Notes: generated by a model not told the origin, from the sequence alone. DNA of 63,484 nucleotides, filler included, from Octopus bimaculoides (GCF_001194135.2; 9 parts of 9 records of this genome joined end to end with filler, not necessarily neighbours in it), one strand, 5' to 3'. Numbered from the whole stretch's first letter, positions 36,499 through 49,981 are shown. Numbers and translations: made by a program.

Positions 36499-36900
36499 CT
36501 GTGTCTGTGTGGTGAGAAGCTTGCTTCCTAACCACATGGTTCTGGGTTCAGTCCCACTGCGTGGCACTTTGGGCAAGTGTCTTCTACTATAGCCTCAGGC
36601 TGACCAAAGCCTTGTGAGTGGATTTGGTAGATGGAAACTGAAAGAAGCCTGTCATATTCATATATATGTATATATATTCATGTTTTTGTGCCTGTACTTG
36701 TCCCGACAGCATTGCTTGACAACTGATGCTGGTGGGTATACATCCTCGTAACTTAGCAGTTCGGTAAAAGAGACTGATAGAATAAGTATTAGGCTTACAA
36801 AGAATAAGTCCTGGGGTCGATTTCTTTGACTAAAAAACCCTTTAAAGCCGTGCTCCAGCATGGCTGCAGTCAAATGACTGAAACAGAAAAAAATAAAAGA
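36497..36900 (+). mobile_element. SINE family B (CpG-decayed)
   Basis: gctgtgtctgtgtggtgagaagcttgcttcctaaccacatggttctgggttcagtcccactgcg...ctccagcatggctgcagtcaaatgactgaaac. Confidence 0.8.
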
Positions 36901-38140
36901 ATATATGTAAATATACACACACACACATATATATGTATATATATTCATGTTTTTGTGCCTGTACTTGTCCCGACAGCATTGCTTGACAACTGATGCTGGT
37001 GGGTATACATCCTCGTAACTTAGCAGTTCNNNNNNNNNNNNNNNNNNNNNNNNNNNNNNNNNNNNNNNNNNNNNNNNNNNNNNNNNNNNNNNNNNNNNNN
37101 NNNNNNNNNNNNNNNNNNNNNNNNNNNNNNNNNNNNNNNNNNNNNNNNNNNNNNNNNNNNNNNNNNNNNNNNNNNNNNNNNNNNNNNNNNNNNNNNNNNN
37201 NNNNNNNNNNNNNNNNNNNNNNNNNNNNNNNNNNNNNNTATATATATATATATATATATTAATATATACATATATGCTATCTGTGTGTATAAGAGTTGTT
37301 ATACACTGAGTGAAAACCACTAAGTGGTTTTCCATCACGATAGAAATGGGAGTTAAATCCCAGACCACAAAAAAGCTGTTCTTATTTTGGCACATTGAAT
37401 GTAGGAAGGCAGGACAATTTGAAGGAATTCAAAAATGATTAGTCATTCCTGTACTTTGAAGTTTCACCCTTAATGATTAAATACACTAATCAATTAATTA
37501 ATCAATCTGCATTAAACTGTATATGGCTCATCAGCGAGAACCGCTATTGACAAATAAATACGAAAACTCGAATATGTACCGCATCAAACAAGACACAGTA
37601 CATACTGAGTTTTCATCTTTATATATTGAGGAATTTAGTTCAAAAAGTCCCACAAACTGTGCGCCAAAATCTAGAATGAAACCAGCAGTGAATTTGCATT
37701 CAACAGTGGATTTACCTGATCCTTAGAATTAAAATATTCAAAAATTTTAAATATAGAGTTATTCTTTTATTCATTTACTTGTTTCAGTCATTTGATTGCA
37801 GCCATGCTGGAGCACCACCATTAGTCAGGCAAATCAACCCCAGGACTTATTCTTTGTAAGCCTAGTACTTATTCCATTGGTCTATTTTGCCAAACCGCTA
37901 AGTTACAGGGACGTAAACACACCAAGCATCGGTTGTCAAGTGATGTTGGGGGTACAAACACAGACACACAAACATATACACACACACACACACATATATA
38001 CATACGATGGGCTTCTTTCAGTTTCCATCTACCAAATCCACTCACAAGGCTTTGGTTGGCCCAAGGCTATAGTGGAAGACACTTGCCCAAGATGCCATGC
38101 AAGCTACTTACCACATATATATATACATATATATATACAT

Positions 38141-38185
<45 letters not shown>

Positions 38186-38285
38186 NNNNNNNNNNNNNNN
38201 NNNNNNNNNNNNNNNNNNNNNNNNNNNNNTTAATTAATTAANNNNNNNNNNNNNNNNNNNNNNNNNNNNNNNNNNNNNNNNNNNN

Positions 38286-38323
<38 letters not shown>

Positions 38324-38447
38324 CATACATAAAGAGATGTACGTAACAAGTATATACATATAAACGTATATATCTATCTATGTACATATACACACACACG
38401 TACGCACTCTCCCTCACACACACACGCACACACACACACGCTCACAC

Positions 38448-38485
<38 letters not shown>

Positions 38486-38919
38486 GTGTGTGTGTGTGTA
38501 TATATATTGATAAAGATATTGATCACGGTGGTGATGATGATGATAATGGTGATTATGAAGATGTGTGTTTACCACCACATTGTACTACTACGTCGCTCCT
38601 TATGCATTACAATTATTCTGATGCATTGTAGTAGGCGAGACACACAAAGCAGTGACAGGTTGTTAAAGTATGTTCTAAATGTTAAGTCAAGTGAAAAAGC
38701 AACATACCTTTCGTCTTAAAATAGTCACCAATCCTCTTTTCAAAATAATTCACACAGATCTTTCTCGCTCTCTAATAAAAATTAGCATTATTCAGCGTTT
38801 GTATAGTGGTGACGGAAAAAATCACACCCGCACATATACATTCGTAATACATACTTGCATACATACAAACATACATACACACACATATACATATATGCAT
38901 ACATACACATTGTGAAGCC

Positions 38920-39170
38920 ACAGGATCGTAGATATCATAGACACTCGTAGGAAGGAGTACACGTAGAATGTCCCAGTGAAAATATCAATAAAATGTAAAC
39001 ATAATAGACCGGACATTTTTGTTTAGGACAGAGAAGCGAATCTGTGTACAGTTGTGTAAAACTAAAGTTCAGCAAAAAAGAAAATACCTACATTGAACTA
39101 TTGTAATCTGTAATTATTGGGGCATTGACATATGTAATACACAGCCTAATCTTTAGAAATTAGGCTTCTT
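38920..39170 (+). mobile_element. R4/NeSL-like restriction-like endonuclease remnant
   Basis: *NVPVKISIKCKHNRPDIFV*DREANLCTVV, matching the WWN.P......HNRPDI..WD REL motif (PD-(D/E)xK family). Confidence 0.55.
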
Positions 39171-40025
39171 ATGACCAGNNNNNNNNNNNNNNNNNNNNNN
39201 NNNNNNNNNNNNNNNNNNNNNNNNNNNNNNNNNNNNNNNNNNNNNNNNNNNNNNNNNNNNNNNNNNNNNNNNNNNNNNNNNNNNNNNNNNNNNNNNNNNN
39301 NNNNNNNNNNNNNNNNNNNNNNNNNNNNNNNNNNNNNNNNNNNNNNNNNNNNNNNNNNNNNNNNNNNNNNNNNNNNNNNNNNNNNNNNNNNNNNNNNNNN
39401 NNNNNNNNNNNNNNNNNNNNNNNNNNNNNNNNNNNNNNNNNNNNNNNNNNNNNNNNNNNNNNNNNNNNNNNNNNNNNNNNNNNNNNNNNNNNNNNNNNNN
39501 NNNNNNNNNNNNNNNNNNNNNNNNNNNNNNNNNNNNNNNNNNNNNNNNNNNNNNNNNNNNNNNNNNNNNNNNNNNNNNNNNNNNNNNNNNNNNNNNNNNN
39601 NNNNNNNNNNNNNNNNNNNNNNNNNNNNNNNNNNNNNNNNNNNNNNNNNNNNNNNNNNNNNNNNNNNNNNNNNNNNNNNNNNNNNNNNNNNNNNNNNNNN
39701 NNNNNNNNNNNNNNNNNNNNNNNNNNNNNNNNNNNNNNNNNNNNNNNNNNNNNNNNNNNNNNNNNNNNNNNNNNNNNNNNNNNNNNNNNNNNNNNNNNNN
39801 NNNNNNNNNNNNNNNNNNNNNNNNNNNNNNNNNNNNNNNNNNNNNNNNNNNNNNNNNNNNNNNNNNNNNNNNNNNNNNNNNNNNNNNNNNNNNNNNNNNN
39901 NNNNNNNNNNNNNNNNNNNNNNNNNNNNNNNNNNNNNNNNNNNNNNNNNNNNNNNNNNNNNNNNNNNNNNNNNNNNNNNNNNNNNNNNNNNNNNNNNNNN
40001 NNNNNNNNNNNNNNNNNNNNNNNNN

Positions 40026-40077
<52 letters not shown>

Positions 40078-40462
40078 GGCGTTTTATTGTCAGCTGTTCG
40101 AGCCCATTGCTCGCCAGCTTTTTCTGGCCTCATTTTAAAGTGTTATACTCAATAAAAGTGAATTCTGTTCGTGATTGAAGCCTGCTACGTATTTTACGTT
40201 TCACTTTTGCCGAACTGCTACCTTATGTGTATACATACATACATACATACATACATACATACATGCAGACACTGATTAATACACACACACATATCGAAGG
40301 CTTGGCTGTGTGGTAAAAAGCCTCCGTCCCAAACACATGGTTCCGGATTCAGTCCCACTAGGCAGCAACTTGGTTAAGTGCCTTCTCCTATAGCCTCGAT
40401 CTGACCAAAACCTCGTCAGTGGATTTGACAGACGAAATCTGAAAGAGCCCTTCGTGTGAGTG

Positions 40463-40514
<52 letters not shown>

Positions 40515-40666
40515 TGTGTGTGTGTGTGCGTGCACACATATATATNNNNNNNNNNNNNNNNNNNNNNNNNNNNNNNNNNNNNNNNNNNNTTAATTAATTA
40601 ANNNNNNNNNNNNNNNNNNNNNNNNNNNNNNNNNNNNNNNNNNNNGAAAAGAAAAAAAAATAAATA

Positions 40667-40667
<1 letters not shown>

Positions 40668-40752
<85 letters not shown>
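40668..40752. repeat. (AAT)n microsatellite
   Basis: About 28 perfect AAT units. Confidence 0.95.
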
Positions 40753-40753
<1 letters not shown>

Positions 40754-41029
40754 CTAAGGAGGAAATTAAAGAGACAAGGACCTTTTAAGTGATTCGAACC
40801 TTTTGATGGTTGATAACGAGTTTAAATCGACTCCGTCAACCTTCCTTACAGAAGCTTTATGTTTTAAAAAAACGCACAAAACATTTCCGTTTCAATACGA
40901 CCACGTGATATTCTTATAGAAGAACATTTATCCGCAATATTCTACTCGCTCAACAATATGAGGAAGTAGAACTGTTGATGCACACACACACACACACACA
41001 CACATATGCATGCACTCCCACATGTGCAC

Positions 41030-41340
41030 ATGGCCTAGTGGTTAGAGCAGCGGACTCGCGGTCAAGGGATCGCGGGTACGAATCTCAGACTGGGTGATGT
41101 GTGTGTTTATGAGCGAAATACCTAAGCTCCATGCGGCTCTGGTAGAAGGTAATGGCGAACTTCTGCTGACTCTTTCGCCCCAAATTTCTCTCTCTCTCTT
41201 TCCTCCTGCATCTAGCAGCTCACCTGCGACGAACCAGCATCCAATCCAGGTGGGGAACCTAAATGCCAATGAAACTGGGAAACCAGCCCTTATGAGCCAG
41301 GCATAGCTCGAGAAGGGACAGACAGCAACAACAATAATAA
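41030..41340 (+). mobile_element. SINE family C (CpG-retaining)
   Basis: cacatggcctagtggttagagcagcggactcgcggtcaagggatcgcgggtacgaatc tRNA-like head and (CAA)n tail. Confidence 0.72.
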
Positions 41341-42958
41341 CATTTTGTTCGACGCGATAACGATTCTGCCTGCTCAACGCCTTGCAAGTAGAATATACCA
41401 GGCCTAAAACTGCTTCAAATTGTGATTCAGGGCCAGCATTTCAGGGACAGGGGTTAGCGTATTACATTGAACACAGCATTTGAACAAGCACTTTGTTTCG
41501 TCCGAATCGAAAGGATGAAAAACAAAGCTGACCTCGGTAGGATTTGAACTCAAAACATTAAGAACCGGAGCAAATAGCGCAAAATATTTCTTCCAGCGCT
41601 CTGACGATTCTGACACTCCACCGACCTTAACCTCTCCCAAAAACTAAATTCTTCAGATGCATTGCCAGAAGTAACTCTCTGTCTGCCAATCAGATAAATA
41701 AACAAATAACTTTACCATGCAGGCGTCTTCTATCTACGAACGGTAACAGTTTTCCTGACAAAGAAATTTATAATTCATGGCTCTTAGTTGAGATTTCTAT
41801 ATATAAATATTACTAATGAATGGAGTAGAGACACACAGACAACATTAGGCTTAATGTGAAGCTTAATATTTGTACAGTCGACATATATATATTTGCTTTC
41901 TCTTTCAATTAAATAAATTAGTGTTTATAGTTCTTACAAAACACTGCGTAGTTTTAGCAGCTCTGAGCAATATGGCTTACGTTCGTGAGAAAACACACAA
42001 AAAATGTTTAGTTTTGTTGAAACAAGAAACGAATATGATTAATGTTTAATTATAACTATATTTGATAACTATATATTTTTACGAGACGTAAATAACAGGG
42101 TTAGATAACAATCTTATCGCTCTGAAATCAAATTATTTCCGACGCATTTCCAGTCAGCTTCTCCGCTCGCTATTCCATAGAGGATCGCAGAGGGTAGAGT
42201 TTTCAGGCACCTTCTCCATAGGGTCCCATGGGAAGCAGCCGTCATTTCCCAAGAATGACCAACTGAGATTATGGATATTATGGATATTATCCCTCCATCT
42301 TTGTTCTGCGTCAACCCTTGCAGGTTGGCTCAGCTTGAAGAATCCATCTTGTTATTCTTTCTTACAACATTCTAATCACAAGTCCATAGTACTGGAGTTG
42401 CGACCTCTCGATGCAAAGAAGCGGTTCGGCCTTGTGGTGAGCGTCCTTGATCTTCGAGCTACGCATCATAAGGAGTGACGTTACTCCAGAGATCCTACCT
42501 CTAGATTTCTTGCAGGTTGGTTGGCTTGAAGAATCCGTCTTGCGATTCTTCCCTGCGATATTCTAATCAGATGGCAGAATAAATGATTATTTCGATCACG
42601 AAACCCTAGGTAGCTGTATTTACAAGATTTGTAGGTTTTTTTTTATTTATTATAAGATTATCTTTACTCTCTTAGCTGATCGAGTGATTTTCTATTTTCT
42701 GAAGCATTACCACATAATGTATGTATGTATGTATGTATGTCATTATTCAGTTTATTTCAAGATTTCTTGCCAATAAAGAACCGGTTTCTAACCTAGATCC
42801 AAGGCTCCTTCATTGGAGTTTCAGCATCAACAACAGGGTATTTTTGTTTGTTTGTATGTATGTATCTATGTATGTGCAGATTTGCATGTTTTATGTATGT
42901 ATTCTCATGCATATAGCTTCATATCTAGACATGTATGTATGTATATATGTGTGTATGT

Positions 42959-43009
<51 letters not shown>

Positions 43010-43037
43010 TTGATACTCATCTTATTTCATGTTCCAG

Positions 43038-43173
43038 GATGACATTTCGTGCAACCATGATTCTCATTCCCTTACTTGGTTTACAACATCTTGTCATGGG
43101 ATTCGAACCTAAGGAAGATTCTGCCTTCCATGAGTCCTACCACATCGTCACATTGCTACTTCTAAGCATACAG
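43038..43173 (+). CDS. Class B (secretin family) GPCR TM6-TM7 exon, calcitonin/DH31-receptor-like
   Basis: gttccAG|G (phase 2) to CAG|GTGAGT (phase 0), 136 nt; encodes MTFRATMILIPLLGLQHLVMGFEPKEDSAFHESYHIVTLLLLSIQ. The RAT.IL.PLLG motif and the S.Q| splice position are hallmarks of class B GPCRs. Confidence 0.88.
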
Positions 43174-45347
43174 GTGAGTACCATCTTACGTTTATCATCT
43201 ACTGTGCACTAACAGCACACATACACACATTCAATATAACTAACACCTCAATAAGTGTATGTGAGTGCGTAATTATACATATATATGCATACACACACAC
43301 ACACACACACACATATGTATATGTGTGTGTGTGTGTGTGTATGTACACGCACACACACACATCAATTTATTTTCTCTCATCTATCATATATATATATATN
43401 NNNNNNNNNNNNNNNNNNNNNNNNNNNNNNNNNNNNNNNNNNNTTAATTAATTAANNNNNNNNNNNNNNNNNNNNNNNNNNNNNNNNNNNNNNNNNNNNT
43501 ATATATAAAAAGATCCACACAAATACACACAAACGTATTGTATAGGTATGCATTATATATGGATGTTTGAATATGTGTGTGTGGGGGGTGTTAGTGTGTA
43601 TCCAGAAGAGGCCCCTACAAAATACATGGGACCGACAAGAAAGATAAAAAGATAGTAAATAAAGCATTGATACTTCTGAATATTGTTTCTTTCTTTTTTT
43701 TTGCTTCATATGCGTTGAGGCAGAGTACCACTAGTATAGCTAGGTGGGTGTGGTCCTCTCTGGGTGGCACTTTTAAAGGGCACTACTTTTACGTCTGCTG
43801 TAGGCAATATGTGCTTTTTCTTGGGTGTGCGAATTTTTTTTTTTCCCACGAGAGTCCCGCACCCCAGTTATAAACTCATCTTCATACAACCAGTCAGATC
43901 TCAACTATTAAAATTTTGTCCACCTCGTCACGAATATACTCTGGTTGAGTTCAATGAAAAATGTGCGTTATAGTAAAATCTGACTGTTCTAAACGGATTA
44001 ATAGGGGTGACAAATGTGGAATTTAGTGTAAAAACTCAATGGAGAGCTGCTCACCAATGATGCCATAAGTGTTGCCAATTTTTGTAATTTACTGGAAAAT
44101 TTATAGGTGAACGGAGTGTCACACCTCGAATGTCGAATTCATCGCAGAGTAACGTGAAACGAAGTGTTTCTTATTTAGGCCCAAGGTTACCAATTTTATT
44201 GGGAGGTAATTAATCCATTAGTCCATATTTTTCACTGGTACAGTTTCTTATTTTGCGCCATTCCTTCAGTTAATATAAAACCTTTTGTGCAAACAGGAAG
44301 ATTTCCTTATGAGATAAAGAAAGTGATCTCAATTATTGAGGTATTTTAAATATTTTGCGGCGTTGAAATATAAAACGGTTGGATAAGAGCATTGATGAAT
44401 GACCCGTGTATCTTGCAATCAAATCCCACACGTTGTAAGATTGCGTGTTACGTGCATATATATATACGTGTGTGTGTGTGTACATATATATATANNNNNN
44501 NNNNNNNNNNNNNNNNNNNNNNNNNNNNNNNNNNNNNNNNNNNNNNNNNNNNNNNNNNNNNNNNNNNNNNNNNNNNNNNNNNNNNNNNNNNNNNNNNNNN
44601 NNNNNNNNNNNNNNNNNNNNNNNNNNNNNNNNNNNNNNNNNNNNNNNNNNNNNNNNNNNNNNNNNNNNNNNNNNNNNNNNNNNNNNNNNNNNNNNNNNNN
44701 NNNNNNNNNNNNNNNNNNNNNNNNNNNNNNNNNNNNNNNNNNNNNNNNNNNNNNNNNNNNNNNNNNNNNNNNNNNNNNNNNNNNNNNNNNNNNNNNNNNN
44801 NNNNNNNNNNNNNNNNNNNNNNNNNNNNNNNNNNNNNNNNNNNNNNNNNNNNNNNNNNNNNNNNNNNNNNNNNNNNNNNNNNNNNNNNNNNNNNNNNNNN
44901 NNNNNNNNNNNNNNNNNNNNNNNNNNNNNNNNNNNNNNNNNNNNNNNNNNNNNNNNNNNNNNNNNNNNNNNNNNNATTCTCCCCCTGTATATACACATAG
45001 ATATACGTATATCTGAACTAATCGACCATGATACTTTTTTTTTAAAGCCTGTTGTTAATTCTGCCAAATCTTTTGTTGAACCGTTATGTTACGAGGATGT
45101 AAATAAACCAAGACCGATTGTCATTCGGTAGTGAGAGATGAACATTATGTATCTGTGTCTTTGTGTGTGCGTATCCACCAGTTTTCCCTCAGTTTCCATC
45201 CTCCAAATCCACTCACAAGATTCTGTTCGGCCTCAGGCAGGAGACACTTTGAAAAGCTACCTTCTTAGCACATACTCATGCCAGCACCTTTCTATCTATC
45301 TATCTATCTCTCTCTTTATCTATCTGCCTCTCTCTCTCTCTTTCTCT

Positions 45348-45423
<76 letters not shown>

Positions 45424-45677
45424 NNNNNNNNNNNNNNNNNNNNNNNNNNNNNNNNNNNNNNNNNNNNTTAATTAATTAANNNNNNNNNNNNNNNNNNNNN
45501 NNNNNNNNNNNNNNNNNNNNNNNTGGAGACGAGCTGCGGGAAAGCGTGCCGCACAAACGGCGACCACACCTGTTCACCGTTGTCTACGTAGAGCCGGATA
45601 TGTCGCAGTCTCAGCGCGTGTCTGCGCATCATCAACCACGGCATGCCCAGTCCTCCTTTTAACGGGTGTTGGCAACG

Positions 45678-45735
<58 letters not shown>

Positions 45736-45737
45736 TA

Positions 45738-47058
45738 ATGTGGTCTGATCAAAAAGTATCTGAACTGTTGCCATAGTAACGATGCTAAAGCACGCAGAGT
45801 GAAGCCGCTTGGCACAAATTGACCTTAAACTCCGCTGTGCATCTGCATTAAGTTTTAATGTTCTAGCTCGCTCCCGATGTTTACAGCAGTGTTTGGAAGG
45901 AACGTGTGTAACATGTGATCGTTGCATTGCCCATGACAGAGAAAGTTGTCATGGCGAAACCTGCTCAGAGGCTTACGTAACGATACAGAAAGTGTATGGA
46001 GAGCAGTTTATGAGCTGCACACATGTGTACGAGTGGTTCAGACGTTTCAAAGATGGTCGAAAAAATGTCGAAAGTTACGAACAGAACTGAGATAAACATT
46101 GCAGATATGCGAGTGCGTGCAACTGTGAGGGGAAACCGCTGAATCACTATCTGTGAGTTATCAGATGTGCAGATTAGTTACGGTTCAGTTCAGTCCATTA
46201 TCACTGAAGATTTGGGTACGAGTCACGTGTCTGCCAAGTTTGTGCCAAAATTGCTTTCAGCCGACCAAAAACACACTCGGATTTCAGTCGCGCAAGATCT
46301 CCTTGATTGTGTCGAGAACGATGAAAACTTTTTTAAAAACTTTGCATAGGCGTGGAAGTGACTGCGTAGTCAGTAGCTTGCTTACCAACCACATGGTTNN
46401 NNNNNNNNNNNNNNNNNNNNNNNNNNNNNNNNNNNNNNNNNNNNNNNNNNNNNNNNNNNNNNNNNNNNNNNNNNNNNNNNNNNNNNNNNNNNNNNNNNNN
46501 NNNNNNNNNNNNNNNNNNNNNNNNNNNNNNNNNNNNNNNNNNNNNNNNNNNNNNNNNNNNNNNNNNNNNNNNNNNNNNNNNNNNNNNNNNNNNNNTTGTG
46601 TGTCTGTGTTTGTCCCCCCAACATCACTTGACAACCAATGTTAGTGTGTTTACGTCTCCGTAACAATAGCGGTTCGGCAAAAGAGACCGATAGAATAAGT
46701 ACTAGGCTTACAATGAATAAGTCCTGGGGTCGATTTGCTCGACTAAAGGCGGTGCTCCCGCATGGCCACAGTCAAATGACTGAAACAAGTGAAAGAGTAA
46801 AAGAGTAAAGAGAGTAGGCCTCTGAGCAGGCATCGCCAAGCTTTTAGCAAAATTTGACGCAGATTCTCTGCTCGATTTTGTCATGGTCAATGCGACGATC
46901 GAAGCTCTGCTCTAAACAGCGGCAGCGAGCTAGAACGTTAAATCTTGGTGCGCATGCACAGCAGAGTTTGAGGTCAATCTGTGCCAGGCGGCTTTACTCT
47001 ACATGCTTTAGCTTCGTTACTATCGCAACAGTTTGGATACTTATTGAGCAGTAACAAC
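45738..47058 (+). mobile_element. Internally deleted mariner with ~135-bp TIRs, carrying a nested SINE
   Basis: 45738-45872 is an inverted match to 46924-47058. HTH remnants (VYEWFRRFKDGR, AKFVPKLL) are present and the DDD domain is missing. Confidence 0.8.
46345..46810 (+). mobile_element. SINE family B nested in mariner
   Basis: Head aggcgtggaagtgactgcgtagtcagtagcttgcttaccaaccacatgg, N gap, then the 3' body ending in (AAAGAGT)n. Confidence 0.8.
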
Positions 47059-47664
47059 AGCGGTGTTAGTAACGACAGTATAAAGTTACCAATCAGCAAT
47101 CTTTATCACCAATGCCACAATTAACCTAAGGATTCTGATCATTTCTCTCCTGAAAGAGAATTAAATAGAACAATAGTAAAACTTGCGAAATTTTGCCCCC
47201 AAAATTCGTGGGAGAGAGAATAAAGCGCTAAGTGATATTTCTTTATTTCTGGAAAGAACGGACATCTTTAAAAATGTCACTGAGGGAGGTTTCCAGTCGG
47301 CCTTCAGTAAAGTGGGGCAGGAGATCTACTCGACCAAGCGAAGTCAGAACTATGATTCTATTGATTTGATGATTAAAAGCAGACGTGTAAGCATGTAAGT
47401 AGATAGTTATCACACTATACGGCGATCTAAATGCTTGAACCACAATATTTTAGTTGGGGGATAATAATTAAGAGCATGGGCAAGAAAGCAGAACTATGGT
47501 TAAGGGTGACCTTCACAAATCTCAACCATTAGGTTGTGAGTGCATGAGTTGGCAACAAGAAAATTATCTCTGATGTGTGATTTGAACCTTAAAATGTTGA
47601 TAAGCTCATAAAGGTCTTAGATCTATCCCTACGAACATCTCATCCGGATGAGATATCCACCAGT

Positions 47665-47999
47665 CAGTATACTAATCGGTCAGTCCACTAGTCGGTCAGT
47701 CCACTAGTCGGTCAGTCCACTAGTCGGTTAGTCCACTAGTCTGTCAGTCCACTAGTCCGTCAATCCACTAGTCTGTCAATCCACTAGTCTGTCAGTCCAC
47801 TAGTCGATCAGTCCACTAGTCGGTCAGTCCACTAGTCGGTCAGTCTACTAGTCTGTCAGTCCACTAGTCCGTCAATCCACTAGTCTGTCAGTCTACTAGT
47901 CGATCAGTTCACTAGTCGGTCAGTCCACTAGTCTGTCAGTCCACTAGTCGGTCAGTACACTAGTCTATCAGTCCACTAGTCGGTCAGTCCACTAGTCGG
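47665..47999. repeat. 16-bp minisatellite (CAGTCCACTAGTCGGT)n, about 21 units
   Basis: 20 contiguous units at 47681-47999 plus a degenerate leading unit; no spacers. Confidence 0.95.
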
Positions 48000-48860
48000 C
48001 AACAAAAACCATCTTCGTGCTAGCTGTCCGAACGGATATGGAACCAGTGCTCCCATCTTTGTCTGGACAGCAATAAAAACCAATACAAATATTTTTTTAC
48101 GCCGCCTCATCCTCAGCACCTTAAAAATAAAAGGGAAAGACGAGATTAGCAAGGGAAGGGCTATGTCTGTCGAACCTCCAGTAACAAGGCCGGTAAGTTG
48201 AACTTGTCAATTTGCGCTGATGGAGAATATATATCGGGCCTGGGGAAGAATAAGGAAAGCGTCGAGAAGAAAGCAAAGCGAATTCAGAGACAAAGAATGA
48301 ATAAGAAACAGTCCATGGTAAAAACATGTAGGATACTAGAGAATCCTAAAAGAGAGGGCAGGGGTTCGATTTTCTGAATGGCGAAGTAAAGTCTGATAGA
48401 ACTTTTGAAAAAGTGGAAAATAAAGAAGGTACTCACACATACACAGACACACACGCATACACACACATACACGCATTTGTTTCTATATATGTACACATGT
48501 GCCTATGTACGTATACACACACATACATACGTATATATGTATGTATATATATGCGTGTGTGTTCGTGGTTACTGTGCTAAAAATATATATCTATATAAAC
48601 AAGTGTTTTCCCCTTCCTTGTTCCCCGACATAAATGTTTGTTTTAAATAAGACCATAACATGATGTTTACAAATATTTGCTGAAAATATGTGGATAGAAT
48701 CAACAATATGTCGTCTATAACATTTCAAAACGAAACAGTGGTTCTTATTATATTCTAAATAAATAATAATGGTATTATAAACAGAGGGTAGGAGGAGGTA
48801 GTGGTGGGAGGTGCGGGTTAGTGAGAATTGCCAGTGTTGTGTTGAAATATCTTACAGTAT

Positions 48861-49045
48861 AAGGCGGCGAGCTGGCAGAAGCGTTAACACGCCGGGCGGA
48901 ATGCTTAGCGGTATTTCGTCTGTCTTTACATTCTGAGTTCAAATTCCGCCGAGGTCGACTTTGCCTTTCATCCTTTCGGGGTCGATAAATTAAGCACCAG
49001 TTGCGTACTGGGATCGATCTAATCGACTGTCCCCCACCTCCCCCA
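48861..49045 (+). mobile_element. SINE family A, near-consensus CpG-rich copy
   Basis: aaggcggcgagctggcagaagcgttaacacgccgggcggaatgcttagcgg...gagttcaaattccgccgaggtcgactttgcc. Confidence 0.88.
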
Positions 49046-49365
49046 AAAAGTCTCTCCGCAGTGAATATTTTTCATCCTGACGCTCCAAGATGTATTTCAA
49101 AATATGTGCAAAAGAGTCAATTTATGAATTTAAAATGAAGGGTGACACTTTTAACATCCCTTATGAAGTTTTTTAAAGTCTTGTAAAGACTAATATATTC
49201 GTTTCTAGCCTTATACCATCTTTTAGATGTTTATTTTGCAATAAGACTTCCTAGTCTAAAGACTAGGAAGTCTTTATATCAGAACAGTTAAACATCACCC
49301 GACCAAGGGAACACACACGATCACGGAAACTGTATTGGGCGGAAGACGAATTTTGCTGTCGATCA

Positions 49366-49412
<47 letters not shown>

Positions 49413-49946
49413 GAGGATGCCGACGTCGGTATATTACGATGAGTGATATGCCACAGCAGGCGTAGGATTGTTGCACACGCAATCGCGAAATGGGTGTTTT
49501 CGATCCCCAGACCAGGAACACGTCATTTCACGTGACTCCAGTCCACCCTGCTATACAACCAGCTTTCCGTTTAGAGTGACTGCTCGCCTGCCCGAATCCG
49601 AGGAGTCGATGTAACCGAATCTATCCCCTCCCCTCAAAACTCATAGTCACGTGCCAATATCTGAAACAGCTGTTAAGGAAAACCCACGAGGAAGGTTGGT
49701 CAGGGGAATCATTAAGACTTGGGCGGAGGAGGACTCTTTTTTGTTTTGTTTTTCGGCTTTCTTCTTTTCCTTTATTCTTTTACTTGTTTCAGTCATTTGA
49801 CTGCGGCCATGCTGGAGCACCGCCTTCAGTCAAACAAATCGACACCAGGACTTATTCTTTGTAAGCCTAGTACTTATTCTATCGGTCTCTTTTGCCGAAC
49901 CACTAAGTTACGGGGAAGTAAACACACTAGCATCGGTTGTCAAGTG

Positions 49947-49981
<35 letters not shown>

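Noticed and set aside
36938-37029. Exact ~90-bp duplicate of 36672-36762
   Set aside because: It abuts an N gap inside a SINE; most likely an unmerged contig overlap.
41030-41100. tRNA-like sequences at SINE heads (also 19830-19900, 36500-36570, 58670-58744)
   Set aside because: A- and B-box-like motifs run straight into repeat bodies with no complete cloverleaf or acceptor stem; they are not tRNA genes.
47183-47398. 71-aa ORF ending near a GTAAGT, as a possible GPCR C-terminal exon
   Set aside because: No class B GPCR motif and no convincing acceptor site; unsupported without transcripts.
47665-47999. Minisatellite as a CRISPR array
   Set aside because: Units are contiguous with no unique spacers, no cas genes are present, and the context is eukaryotic.
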